Positions 11,794 to 25,375 of a stretch of DNA of 64,000 bases are shown one piece after another. Origin of the DNA: Takakia lepidozioides (lineage: Eukaryota; Plantae; Bryophyta); assembly GCA_030704615.1 (NCBI GenBank), contig CM060733.1, forward strand, positions 71,548,001 to 71,612,000, written 5' to 3'. Position 1 is the stretch's first letter, and the number at the start of each line of letters is the position of its first letter. The notes beneath the pieces were generated by a model, which was not told the DNA's origin, did no database searches, and saw only the letters and a list, made by a program, of their open reading frames with translations. A program made the translations under genes and the position numbers.

Positions 11794-14345
11794 ATGCCGA
11801 CTGTGGATGAAGAGCTCACAGCAATGCTGCAAAGTGGTCACCATAGCCACTCACAGGCGACGCTTGCTGGTGTCATGGCCCCTTCAATCAAATCTGGCAC
11901 ATCCTCAGGAACAGAGCACATGCAGAATGCTTTCCCCTCTCACTACACATCACTCCAGGGGAGTTTCTCTGCCCGTCTTGATAGCGGTCATGGAAGGCAT
12001 CTTGCACCTTCAAGGACCGTGAACATGCCGAATGGCAGTCATGTAGATGTGTCTACTACCCCTTCGCATGGGGGAGGGCCTCCAAATAGGTCTACAGTTC
12101 CACAGCAGCAACAGCAACAAGGATGGGCATTCAGTGGTGATGAGAGATGGGTGCTTGAGGCCAAGAACGAGGCCTTACAAGTTGCCACAAATCTGCGAGT
12201 GAATGTGACAAGCTTTGGTTCCATACTGGAGTCATCACAGGCATTAAATGCACCGCTTGCGAGCGGCCTTCAGCGATACCACTCTGCCCCAACCACTTTC
12301 TTAGCATGCCTTGCTGAGCTCAATGAGGATGCCTTCTCTCAGGTTACGAGTCCTATGGGGAACCCTAGCAGTGGGCCTGATAGCCTTCTTACATCACTGT
12401 TCTCTGATGACCTTACTCCGATAACAGAGAATAGTATCCAACAGATGGACACCGACAAGGTTGTCACTGGGTCCAGTTTGAATGACTACGATCAGTTTCT
12501 TTCAACTCAAAATGATTTCAGGAGACGAGCTGCTCTTTCGGCGTCCATGTTGACTGGAAAGCCAGAAACTAGCCAAGAAGCCCGCAATGGCATCTTTGTC
12601 CCTGGTAAAGTAACAGTGTGGCGCTTTGTTAGTTGGCGAGTCCATGTTGGCTGTTTGTCTTGAGTTGTCATCATAAATGTAACCTTTCAAATGTGTATAG
12701 AACAGGACACTATGCTATGTATTGGCACTTCCTGAGATAATTGTGCAATCTCAATATAAGTTGAAAAGTGACTGTAGGCATGCAGAATGAGGTCATAGAG
12801 AAGACCGTCCTTTGTTGGTCTAGGCATCTGTCAATCCTTTGAAGACCCAGTCCTGCCACTGGAGTCATACTTGGGAAGTGGAAAAGGTGGATGCCAAAAG
12901 CGCTCCATCCTGTTGCGCCTTCTTTTCACTCAATGCTTGGAGGGCCGAAGCTTGCTAACAGTTCTCCTTCATTTTAGAGTAGATGCAGGGACGCTTGAGT
13001 TATCCACCTACCAACTAATGGCCATGGCTGGACTATTATGGGGACTTCCCACAGCATCAAATTGTTTGGGTGTACGCATTCTTGTTGCAGAGTCACTCTT
13101 TATTTGGAGAGGCTCCTCACATCACTTCTCATTTTGCAAATCGATGTAGGCCACATCCATTTTGGCCTCTTTGGGATAGCCCATGCAAGTAATGTTTGAA
13201 ATCATTGTGGTCAGTCCAATTCCGACAACAAATGTTGTAACGAAGTAGATCTGCGAATGCTACAGATACATTTGGGTGCCTTAACCGACCCATGAAGAAC
13301 AGCCTTTTGCGACAGAGCAGCTCACCAGCGGACTTGTTGGCACAGTTGTCTACTGCAATGCAAGACAGTATGGATGAGAGTCATCCTGGTTTGCAAGGTC
13401 CATCAAGAATGTCTCCAGAGGAGAGCCTGTCTGGTGGCACATCTGAGAAGAATGGTGTTGGCAATGATGGTAAATCCCCAATCTATTCAAGGGATGACTC
13501 TTTTCTAGTCAGCGACACTTTGACATCTGAAATTTGGAATGCACAAACAAGCCCAGGTACCTTCAGCTAGTTCTTACTGTTCCACTTGAGTGCTTTTCCA
13601 GCTGGACTTCATAATATTAACAGTAGTTCTTGCACTTGGCAGGGTTGTCAGGGCCCCCTTGGCAATCTTAGACACTTCAACTGGAGTTATCTTATTTGGT
13701 ATTGGTAGTATTGCATGAAGTTGGTGTTTTGAAATGTGGTTGCTGGGAGGGTGATCTCAGTGATCATGGAAGTATGAGTGACACATTATTCTTCATGCTT
13801 CATGTGTGCTATAGACAAGATAACTCACTTGTACGTTAGTTCACCTTGCTGCTTAGCAGGGAATCAGTTGACAGAGACCTCATGCTCTGCCTATGTGGTG
13901 TTGTGCAGGCCATCTGGCTGGCAAGCGTTTACGTGGGGTTCCAGGGGAACCAATAAGCGATACAAGTGTCACAGTGGAAGGGTTAAGTAGGGGCAAGATC
14001 AGAGAACCAGGGACCAGTTTGAGAAGACATCTCAGTCTGCCCACGAATGCAAACAGGCCAACCAGCCCAGGCCTAGATGATCTTGCAGACTTATCAGTGC
14101 CGTGCCGAACCCGGGCAAAACGCGGTTGTGCAACTCATCCTCGAAGTATTGCTGAGCGTGTGCGACGGACGCGAATCAGCGAGCGCATGAAGAAGCTGCA
14201 AGATTTGGTCCCGAACATGGACAAACAGACCAACACTGCTGATATGCTTGACGAAGCTGTGGAGTATGTAAAATTTCTTCAACAGCAAGTTCAGGATCTT
14301 TCTGACACCGTGGTCAAGTTGAAGGAGTTGAAAGCACAAGGCTGA
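11794..14345 (+). CDS. bHLH transcription factor, subfamily IX (FBH/AKS, bHLH122/130-like); exons 11794-12604, 13266-13556, 13909-14345, possible alternative first exon 11280-11342
   Basis: [57 protein letters not shown], plus family motifs [16 protein letters not shown] and RHLSLP; GT-AG introns with matching phase 1 join the three ORFs. Confidence 0.88.
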
Positions 14346-15229
14346 GTTGTATGTGAGTCAAGGGGGTGGTAGTTGGGCAGGCTGTACATCCTGCTGTAGC
14401 ATTAAGCTGGAAGTTGTTTGCTGATTGGTATCAGTTGGCAGTTTGTATATTAGACTCTTAAGTCTTAGCCTGAGTTTTCGTCTGTAAAGTGGAAGTTCTC
14501 TTGGTATAAAAAGACATTTTTCCTTAAATTGGAGCTTTGAGTTTCTTCCTCAGGGGATTCCAAGCTTGTGGTGTAGCTGGTGGACTGCCAGATTCCTCAC
14601 AATAGCCAATGATAGATTAGTAATTATTGTCTCCGTGGTTGTGTGTCTCATTTATATAATGTCCCAATTGGAGGAAGGTGCTTGCTTCCAAGCATGGATG
14701 CCCTAGCTACCTTTGTGCCTTCCAAGGGCTGCTTTATGTTTGGTTTGCACCCATGAAATTTGGCAGGGTGGACATATACGAGAAGTTAGGTACTAGTACT
14801 GTGACCCTAGACTTCCAAATTTCCATTTGCAAAGGTAACTTCCAAAGAATTGATGTCGTCCCACTTCTCGTTTCTGTTTTTCCCTTAATTCTCATTTTAC
14901 TGCTCATACAAGCACTGGAGCATGCTCCAACTCTGTTGCAACCCTTGCAGGCAGTGTTTACTGAAGTTCAAAAAGAAGTCTAGTAGCATCTAATCGCATG
15001 TCAGCAGGTTCAGACACAATCAAGCATGAGCTCAGAAGTAGAGTTTGTCACAGATGCAAGCACACAAACATGTTCATGGTTTCATACATAGGATGTCTGC
15101 ACATGTGCAAAGGTGGGACTTCACTACTCGTGGTCTCCATTTGATAAGCTTTAATAATCTTCACTCTAGACCGCTCAAATATGCCTGGACTGGAGGCTTT
15201 GATGATACCTGTTAGCGAACAAAGAAAAA

Positions 15230-15760
15230 ATTGAAGTCATGTACTCTGCACAATTCTCACTAAAATTGTGAATGTCATTGAAAAGATTGGGACACCAAGC
15301 TAACGATAGCACTATGGGCTTATAGAACCTCATACAAGGTTACTACAAAACGTATACCCTTCCGATTAGTCTTTGGTATGGAATCCATGCTTCTTCCAGT
15401 GCAATTTCTAATTCTGAGAAAGGATGGAATTGATGGATTCCATCAAGGCAAGGGTGCATGAAGTGTATCATGTTTGCCACCAATACGGCAGATAACATGA
15501 CAAGAATCCAGATGAAAAGGAAGGATCGATTTGATGATGGAAAGTTGAAAACTTTCAAAGACAGGTGACTCGATGTTATGGTTACATAAGAAGAGGAAGA
15601 TGAAGGCTTCCAAACTTAAATCACCATGGAAATGACCCTATGTGATATAAAAGATGTATAACAATAACATAGCAATGTTATAGACCATAAACAAGGAGAT
15701 ATTGGGCAGATTGAATGCCAACAAGCTAAAGGGATACGTTGGTATCTATGATAACCATTA
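15230..15760 (+). pseudogene. Old non-chromovirus gypsy integrase C-terminal remnant
   Basis: Translates as WDTKLTIALWAYRTSYKVTT...PF, typical of the integrase core end; many stops. Confidence 0.6.
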
Positions 15761-17029
15761 CGTGATGATCTGCCACTGAAGGAGGAGGAACACGAAAGAA
15801 GATCAACAACAAAAAGTAGAAAAAGAATAACGAGGTCATGAGATATATTTCGATGGAATATTCTAGGATAATGAAGATCATGAAGAGTTGACCGTGTTTT
15901 TTTTTGGAGGAAAGGGGAAGAAGCCCTTGAGAGCTTTATTATCATTATTGAAGGGAAGAAAATTAAAACCCTTAAAAGGCCCGCAGGCCGCCATGAGACC
16001 CAATTCACAATGATGAAAAAAAAAAAAAAAAAAAAAACCCCGTAAAGATAATCCAAGAACAATAATACCAGAGCAGCCATACTCATTAATGTGATCATCC
16101 TAGAACATTCTAGAAACAGGGGTGACACAAGTAACCGGGGGGGGGGGGGAACACAAGCTACGGACCCTGGACATCGGGCTACACATGATGCTCGATCAGT
16201 GAGACACTGATGGACTGTGACAATAGACTTCGAAAGGGGCCGAAGTAATATCCATGTAGGAAGAGAGGGTTGGAAGGAGAGTGATTAGGCACGGAAAACT
16301 ATCTGTGGTAGGTGAGATTTGTCCTAGAAGCAGTTTTGGTATGTTTCCAATTGATGTATGATCTATCGAACTCCGGGGAAGCCGAAGAGGATGGTCATGC
16401 GGTGCTACCAATGTACAATGATTTGCTGTGCCCAGATGCAGGAGTCAGGCTGAGAGCAGCTGCATATGATGTCATTATTTCCCCATGTTGATCGGAAGGT
16501 ATCGAGGAGCGCAGCTTGACGTTCGGGATACCTGTCAATGTCTGCACGCAACTTTGCCCACGCCAATTTAGCTGCAATGGTGAGACCCAGAAAAACCTTG
16601 GTGAGTAAGGTCGTGACTGTGGAGTTAGTGCTGCTTAGAGTCCAGCCACAGCGAGCTGCCAGAGGGTGGCACCTCTTACTGTTTCAAAGACAGGACATTT
16701 GCTGACTTTGCTTTAGCTCTTTGATTGTAGTTGAGGAGGAGGACAACCGGGTGGATAGGCAGGTGGTCCCAAGCTGTAGTAGAGTTGTTACATCAGGAGC
16801 CATATTGTCCTGGGAGCTTGACAGTGGATAAGGCAATGCTATAGTGATTCAATGGTGTTCAACCGGCAACATGAACAGAGTAAGGCTGTCTGGAAGTTCA
16901 AGAATTGACCCACCTTTAGAACCCTATTTGCAATCTGCCAGAGGAAGGCATTCAGTTTGGCTGGCTTTGTCTTTTCCCACACTAGCGACCAAATGCATTT
17001 TCAGTTTTCTTCCCTAAAGAGGTGATGAC

Positions 17030-20000
17030 TGTTAGGAATCGTGAAGGAGAAATGAGATGTCTGAAGTATGCTTCATTAAACCCCAAGCAAGCATAATATA
17101 CTAGTCCTAAGTATCATAGAGCAGGGAAGCACTACTCTTTTCATGATTAACTAGTGGCGACTGGCGGAGTAGTCTGGACACTAAATTAGGCTCCTACTTC
17201 ACATATTGAGTGGAGCCATTGATCTGATCTGTTCTTCGACCGTTACAGATCTTAACGTCGTCGATCGTCTTTGACTAAAATACTCAATACCTCCCCTCGA
17301 ACTTGGAAGCTATTCATCTTTCCAAGAGAGTATATAAAAAATGTCATTCTAGTTTAGACTACATGCTCTGATTATTGGCAGAATTCGAGTAGTCAATTGT
17401 GTGTACCAAACCTAGCTTGTCTCTTAGTTTCTCGAACACAGTACGACCCAAGGGTTTGGTCAAGATGTCTGCAAGCTGATCAGAAGATGGAACATGATTC
17501 ATTTCTAGTTCACCGTCTTCAACTTTTTCTCTGACAAAATGATGTCTGATCGCAATATGCTTGGTTCTGTCATGAAGAACTGGGTTTTCAGAGAGTTTAA
17601 TTGCACTTTGATTGTCGACCATGATTTTCGTTGGTTCTTGTTCGTCGATTGCTTGAATTTCTCCAAACAATCTCCTCAGCCACACAGCCTCTTTTGCTCC
17701 ACTCGTCATGGCATATATTCGGCTTCTGTGGATGAAAGAATTGTGCATGGTTGCTTTCTGCTACCCCATGTGATTGGACTCGATCCCAAACAAAACAGGT
17801 AACCTGTTGTTGATTTGCGATCGTGAATGTCTCCAGCCCAGTCGGCATCTGAATAGCCCGTGAGCACGCTTTCCTCCCCTCGACGATAGCAAATACCAAA
17901 GTCCACCGTACCTTTGATATACCTAAACAAGTGCTTCACGGCATCCAGATGTGGAGTTTGGGGTTAGTTCAAGAACCTACTCACCATATTTACTGCGAAA
18001 GAAATGTCTGGTCGGGTTTGTGTCAGGAAAATCAATTTCCCTATCATTCGATGGTACATTTGTGCATCGATTGTGGAAGCCCCCATGTCTGGCATGAGCT
18101 TAAGTCCTTGTAGCATAGGTACAGCTGCAGCGTTGCAGTTAGCAAACCCAAATTCTTTCAACATTTGTGTTGCTGCGTGACAGTAATACCCTCTGGCCGA
18201 AAAAAGTACTCTAGCCCTAATGAGTGACTCAGCAAACCCAAGTCTGTCATCTCAAATCTCTTCTGAATTTCTGTTCTAATCCACTGTAGCTTAGTAGCGT
18301 GGTTACCGGTGAGATAAACATCATCGACATAAAGAATTAAAAGAACCACCTTGTCACCTTCGTGAAAATAATACAGGTTTCCATCAGCGATGCCTTTTTT
18401 CAATCCTTGTTTTTGCAAGTATTCATCGATCTTAGTATACCGGGCACGAGGTGCTTGGCGCAGTCCGTACAATGCTTTGCGTAATCTGCATACTTTGCCC
18501 TCTTTACCTTTTTCTTCAAACCCTTCTAGTTGTTGTACAAAAACTTCCTCAAAGAGTTCGCCATTTAGAAAGGCAGTCTTCACGTCAAGATGGTAGATCG
18601 ACCATCCATTGTGACCAGCCAGTGCAGTGATGGCATGCAAAGTATTATATTTGGCAATCGGGGCATAGGTTTCGTCAAAATCCTCCCCTTCGCGCTGTTG
18701 AAATCCACGAGCAACCAAGCGTGCTTTCAGTTTTGATGCGGTGCCATCCGCATGGGTTTTCAACTTGTAAATCCATTTAGTTGTGATTGGTTTTTGACCA
18801 GGGGGCAAATCCTCTAGTACCCAAGTTTTGTTCTTATGTATGGAACTAATCTCCTGTTCCATAGCTTCAACCCATCCGGGTATCTGGGAAGCTTCAGAAA
18901 AGCTCTTAGGTTCAATAATCGTAGATTCAGACAACCCCCATAACAAAATCATTGAACCACTTGGGTGGCCTGACAAGGCGGCCAGCACGTGTGTGAATTT
19001 CAGGCTCTACAGGCAACACCTCCTCCAATTGACCTTGTTCAGACTGATCAGCAAAAGAGCCTGAAACATTGACTGGATGACAGGGTGAGCTTTCACTGTT
19101 ACTTGAGGCATGACGATCATCACTGCTCGTAGATTCAGCATGTGTTGAATGTTCAGTGTCATTTTGAGGAGTTTCAACGCCTTGGTCGAAATAGGGTACG
19201 TCAACTTGTTGTTCCGCTGGTTGGTCCGGTAATATTGGAGTCTCCGGTAGGTGGCAGAATACAGTTGTTCCAAGGTCCTCAATCGTTGTTCTGGTTGTAA
19301 CCGGCATGAAGCTCATGTGATCTTCAGAAAAAATGACATCTTTTGACACTGTAACTTTGTTCAGCTCTGGCCATAAACATCTATAGCCCTTCGTGGATGT
19401 ATCGTATCCTAGCAGTGCACAGCTCCTGGACTTCGGTGACCATTTGGACTTCTGAGTGTTAACATGAACAAAACATTCACAGCCAATGACTCTAAGATGT
19501 TTGACATCAGGGACCTGTCCATATAATTTTTGATAGGGAGTGACATCATCATTTGCCTCGGTAGGAGATATATTTGTCAGATAATTTGCAGTGTTGATGG
19601 CCTCGGCCCAAAGAGCAGCTGGGAAATGAGCACCGAAGGCCAGACTTCTTGCCTTTTCTAACAAGGTTCTGTTTCTACGCTCGGCTACACCGTTCTGATG
19701 CGGTGTGTTAATTTGCATGAACTGCCTCTCAATGCTTTGCAAAAACTAGAGAATAAGAGAGAACTGTATTCCCCTCCTTTGTCTGATCATAAGACTTTGA
19801 CTGACATGTAAAATTGTCTCAAGACCTTCGCATGAAAATGCTGGAAATGAGTGAGTGTCTCACTTTTCTTCCGAAGAAAGTAGACCCAGCCACTGTAGTC
19901 ATCGATAAAGGTCAAAACGTAGTAAGCCCCAGACAAAGATTTGACAGAAAATGGTCCACACAAATCTGTATGGATCAGTTCAAAAGGTTGGACTTTACGG

Positions 20001-21765
20001 TGTAAACTCTTCCTGGGAGCTTTCTAACGACTCTGTTTACCTAATGCGCAAGCCTGACATGCTGAGTCGGCAGGAGAAATCTTTGGTAGACTGGTGACAA
20101 GACCCTTTTCATGCGTCAGATGTAAGCTTTTGTGATTTAAATGCCCAAACCTAAGATGCCAGATTCTACTGAGATTGATTGTGTTAGTCACTGATCCCAA
20201 GAAGAATTCCCTAAACACAGTCAGTTTGTACAGACCGTTTGATTGATCTCAAGTCCCTTTGGTTAGAACTTTGAACGAAGCAGATAGACATGTTGATCGT
20301 TGAAAAGAAGTTGGAATCCCTTATCTGCTAATGTACCGACAGACAATAAATTCTTTGATACACCCGGAACGTACAAAACTTTTTTTTTTATTTCAGTATT
20401 TTTGAGAGAGAGAGTAATGTTGCCCACCCCTGCAACATCGTGAGAGTTTCCTCCAGCGGTTTTGACCTTGATATTTTCATCTGCTTTCTTGACATCACTA
20501 AGCAAATTCTCATTGCCAGTGACATGCGTGGTAGCGCCGCTATCCACGTACCAATTGGATTTGTCGTATTCAGCCAAATTCAGTTCCAAGATGTCTGCAG
20601 CTAGTTCTCTCGGTGCATCGTTGCATTCATGGAAATTGTCGATTTCTTCATCGCTCCCTTCCTCCACAAGATTAACACTGTTCACCTTACGTTCAAGCTC
20701 TGTTGCTCGGAGTTTGATTTCATTTGAAAGTTCGACACATGTGCGCATCCAGTGGTTTGGATTGCCGCAAAAGTTGCAACTTCCCTCCCGTTTTGCTCCA
20801 CCACCTTTACGATTCTTTCCATAGACCTTGGCCTTGTTGAATTTGGATTTGATGAACAAAGCCTCGTCCTTTGTTTTCTTCCCTCGGATTTCCTTCTTAG
20901 CCTCATCGTGTAGTAAAATGCCCGTTAGCTCGCTAAGAGTGGGAAGTTCAGCACGGTAGATCAGCGTGTTGGCAAGAGATTCATAGCTCTCGGGAAGTGT
21001 AACAAGAATTTGCTCAACGAGTTCATCCTCTCGCACCGCCTCACCAATGTTAGCTAGCTGGTTGATGAGGTCCTTCAGCTCCTTGAAGTAATTGGCAACT
21101 GAACCTCCTTCCTCCAATCGAAGATTTGTGAGCTTGGTCTTGAGTAACAGACGTCGCGCACTACTTCGTTGTTCGAACAGGTCCTTCAAAGTTTGCCACA
21201 TCTGCGCTGGATCACTGATCCCAGCAATATGCGGCACGATTTCATCTTTCCCAGTCAGCCTGGAATTCTTCCTCAATCGGCATAAAGATTCCATCGGCAT
21301 TTGGCTCAACTACATCTATGAGCTCATCTCTCTGTAGCAAACTGGATACATGGAATTTCCACGTGCTATAATTGGACTGTCCTCCCAGTTTGGAGCTCTC
21401 AGACATGCTACTCTCTCCATGGGCCATATTGACTCTTAGAATACTACAAAGAGTTCTACTGACAGTGTCAGCTTCTAAGAGACCCTATCAACTAACCTGC
21501 TCTGATACCATGTTAGGAATCGTGAAAGAGAAATGAGATGTCTGAAGTCTGCTTCATTAAACCCGAAGCAAGCATAATATACTAGTCCTAAGTATCAGAG
21601 AGCAGGGAAGCACTACTCTTTTCATGATTAACTAGTGGCGACCGGCAGAGTGGTCTGGACACTAAATTAGGCTCCTACTTCACATATTGAGTGGAGCCAT
21701 TGATCTGTTCTTCGACCGTTACAGATCTAGACATCGTCGATCTTCTTTGACTAAAATACTCAACA
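17030..21765 (-). mobile_element. Full-length Ty1/copia LTR retrotransposon, frameshifted
   Basis: LTRs 17030-17289 and 21511-21765; TSD ATGAC at 17025-17029 and 21766-21770; PBS TGGTATCAGAGC at 21499-21510; PPT GAGGGGAGG near 17290-17299. Confidence 0.95.
17359..21427 (-). pseudogene. Copia gag-PR-IN-RT-RH polyprotein broken into several frames
   Basis: CNFCGNPNHWMRTC, WYVDSGAT, WHLRFGH...CQAC, QNGVAERRNRTL, KARLVARGF, LYVDD, YSDADWAG, RTKHI...ADILTK. Confidence 0.93.
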
Positions 21766-23417
21766 ATGACCCCACTTTTCATTCCATTTGTTTGACAAAG
21801 GTCTAGCTTGAATCAAGGCTTGGTAAGTTTTTTTGGCAGAATAAGTGAAGAAGTTTGAAGTTGTGCCACCAAAGCAACTCGGCTGGGTCTAACTGTAGGG
21901 CCTGGAGGGATCCATGCAAATGAACCATGAGTCAGCCATTGTAGGAGTGGTCTGTCTAGTGGAGCTGGAGGATTGAACACTCTGGTTTGAGAGTTCTAGT
22001 GACATATTCGAGCTGGAAGGACCAAATTATCCGGGATTGAATATTTGTGGTGGGAAATAGAGAAAGAGCTCTCGAAAAGCTATCAGATTGAAAGCCGTAT
22101 CCAGTGGTATTCCCACCGTCTATCTTTGTTATGTACATTACTGGAAAGGTGATTGACTGAGTAGCCACCCATTGGTGGGGCTGTGGGGGGTCACTCCGTC
22201 CCTGAGGAGGATTTTCATATTGTTTGGGATGTCTTGGATTATGTTTGAGATCCCAGCTCTAAGCCTATTAGTATTGAGAGCCAATCGGAGGGAGGAAGGG
22301 TTACTGGCCTAGAGGTGTTGTATTTGAGAGATACCCCTTGGTTTCACATGCTGCCCATCTCCTGGCTTGGCTTTTCTGTGCTGGCCGGAAAGATCTGGTG
22401 AGTTGAGGAAAAGGTGTTGTCTCATTGTTTCATGGTAAGTGGTTGGCTCTAGTTTCCTGAGGAAGGGACAAAATCTGTTCCAGGCTTTCCAAATAGAATT
22501 CCAAAGAGGAGAGCCTCTGGATTTGTGCTTAAATCCCTGCACAATCCATCGCTCAGCGGTTGCCGGCCAGTCTGTGTTTTGCTGGGGAGAGCTTTCGGAG
22601 ATGTTCCTGGCCACCAGCATTTTCCACCAACCACCTTCAGGGCTGAGAAGACGGGGGAGCCATTTGCCTAACAATGCATTAATTTGAGTTTCTGGGTCAA
22701 AAACACCCAACCCACCCATTTTTTTTGGCAAATAGATCTCGTGCCACAATACCTATGGCCGCTTGTTCTGAGTGGAGAGATGCGCACCCCAGATAAAGTT
22801 CCTAATGCATTTTTTAACCTCATTGATGAATCTCGGGTTGGGACTCCATGTGGAGGCGGAAGTACCAGACTCCAGCCATGAGAATCTGGTTAGCTGCAAG
22901 TGCTCTACCAGTTATAGATAAGTAACGGGAACCCTAGTAGGCCAATTTTTGCTTCAGTTTGGAAATTGTCGAACCCATCCTCTACTCATCTGTCAGGTTC
23001 AAGCCAAAAGGTATGTCCCAATAAAGTCGTAGGTTCACCCTCTTTGAGCCAAATGAGGCCAGAATTGTTCCCCCATATGGGGGTGAAGCCTATGGCAAAT
23101 GCGGATTGGTCCCCTATCAACAGAGCCTTAGTTTTTGACCAATTGACTCGGAAGCCTGAGACCAGGCAGAATTTAATCAGAGTGCTTTATGCCGCCAGTA
23201 GAGTGGAAGGAGATGCTTCTAGAAGCAAGAAAGTGTCATCAACAAACATTGAATCTTTAACATGGGTCCACAGCTGGGATTTAGGATTTTGCAGTTTCAA
23301 GCCTTTAACCAAGATATTGTCATCCAACATGTAGCCAAGTGCATTTGCCACAAAAGAGGAAGAGAAAGGGTGCCAGTGGGCAACCTTGCCTAACTGATCG
23401 TTGGAGGGAGAAAGACT

Positions 23418-24010
23418 CACTAGAAGGAAAACGCGGAAAACCCACTGGCCCCTTTAACCACTTCTTTTACCACTCTATAAACCAGTCACCAGTAATGGTA
23501 ACCATTGGCAAGTTAATCCCGATGAAATGCCACTGTGGCATCACATGGAGTGGTTGGAAGTGGTTTCAACCACCGAGTACCCAACGTGTAATATTGTATT
23601 TTTTATTTACGATTTATCATTTGGTAAAAAAAAATGTTATGAAATATAATATTTCACGTGGACGGGTACAGTGGTAGATCATGAGTGGTTAAAGACACCT
23701 CAGTGATGGGAAGTGGTTGAAAGCACTTGCTACTCCATGTGTAATAATTCAATTTTTATTTATGATTTATCATTTGGAAATATTTTTTAATTTATAAATA
23801 TAATATGTCACGTGGACGGGGATAGTGTACGTAGATCTTGAGTGGTTAAAGACACCTCAGTGATTGGTATCACTGTGACAGTGGTGGGGGGTGAGTGGTT
23901 AAAGACACTGCAGTTATGGGAACCACTCGGACCATGGGCGTTCGTGAGTGGTTAAACACACCTCAGTGATTGGTACCACTTTTGTGGTCATACATAAAAA
24001 TATTTAAGTG
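23418..24010. repeat. CACTA-like terminus followed by subterminal ACCACT/AGTGGT repeats
   Basis: CACTAGAAGGAAAA begins exactly where LINE homology stops; several GAGTGGTTAAAGACAC(CTCAGTGA) copies and a ~150-bp duplication follow. Confidence 0.5.
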
Positions 24011-24498
24011 GTTTCTGCACCTGTGACAGACTTTGAAAAATAGACAAGTGTCTAGATCATTGTAGGATGATGCTATTGAACAGATGGTTCCAAACAATAA
24101 ATTTTATTTTGAATTTAAATCCCAATATTCACTCTCTGAAGCATTTCCCTCAACTGGAATAGTGGTTGGCTGCACAAATGCCGCTTGAATAGTAGCCAAC
24201 ATAGGCAGCTCTTATTTATTTAGAGCCATGGCACCCTCTAATGACCTAGGTATGGGCTGATCTGATAAGGTAGAGGGTGCCCTACCTAGTTCCACTCCGA
24301 ATTAGTTGTTTACATTTCATTCAAACTTTTATGTCACATCTAGTATATAATCTAATCTACTTTGAAAAAATCTATAGATTTTTTGCAAGAGTACCTTTAT
24401 CGATTTCTACTACTACTTCATAAAAGAAGTTAACATTGTACTCATTACAATAAAGTGAAATTCACATACCATCCCATATATATATATATATATATATA

Positions 24499-24660
24499 AC
24501 GCCAGCCGGAGCTAGCGTAAATGAGAGCCTCTTCCTTTTGCAGGTACTGCCGCCTTTCACGGGTGGGCTCATACCGTAATACATATGAAAAGGACGTAGT
24601 AGGATTTGAGCCCCAAACCACTGGGGTAACACCTAAGTGTATTGTCCAACTAAAAGTTCA
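24499..24660 (-). mobile_element. Putative tRNA-derived SINE ending in (TA)n
   Basis: B-box-like GGGCTCAAATCC on - (~24602-24613), weak A-box-like sequence near 24645-24657; body homologous to 33673-33752. Confidence 0.45.
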
Positions 24661-25142
24661 ACATAATTCAAAAATGGATTTAGGATTGCGGCGTTGTGCT
24701 CAACGATGAGTCTTGGACTTGGTTGTTTTTCTTTGTTTATGTCGTGGGATGATTCGCAGGTGCATAGCTAGGGTGCAAGATGGAAGCTTTGGAGACCTGT
24801 GCACAAGCAATGCCGCGGGGAGGGTTCAGGAAGCTCGATAACTTCCCAACTTTTTCATACGGCCTTAACAACGTCCTCTCCACCTTCCTCTCCACCCCAC
24901 ATTTCTTTCACATTGTCTGCTTCTCCTCACTCCACGCCTAGCCGCTCTCCAACTCTCCATCAATCTTGCTCCCACCCTCTTCATTTATCATGCTTTGCTG
25001 CAGCAGGTCGCTCGGGGCTTGGGTCTTCCGTTGTCCGTTCTTGCCAAAAAGTTGTCTTCTAGGGAGGCGTTTATATATTTATGAAGGGCAAAGAGGTCCA
25101 TGGTGACATCGTCAAGGCTGGAATTGTACCAGATTTCATTCT

Positions 25143-25340
25143 GAACAATATTCTTGTTGACATGTATGCCAAATGTGGGAGCACTGTGGATGCAAATGGA
25201 GTGTTTGATGGCCAAACGAGATCATGTGGTGTTCTGGAGTGCGATGATCAGTTGTAGGATATGCACAACATGTCTGTGGGATGGAGGCTTTGGAGATCTG
25301 TGAGCAAATGCACAGCAAAAAGGGATGAAGCCAAACCAGG
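25143..25340 (+). pseudogene. PLS-class PPR gene fragment
   Basis: NILVDMYAKCGS...A.GVFD, then WSAMI, GYAQH, EALEI.EQM and GMKPN in shifting frames. Confidence 0.75.
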
Positions 25341-25375
25341 TCGTATTCATTTCTGTTGTGCTCAGTTGGCTCTTT

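Larger units (their letters stand above)
15897..23417 (-). mobile_element. Degenerate L1-like LINE (RT C-terminal half, CCHC finger, 3' UTR), split by the copia insertion
   Basis: VRQGCPLAPFLF (~23390), MFVDD, LPKKMGGLG...NALLGKWL (22309-22749), CSCC...ESL*HCLIHC (~16830-16880); T-run at 15897-15906 fits a poly(A) tail on -. Confidence 0.75.
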
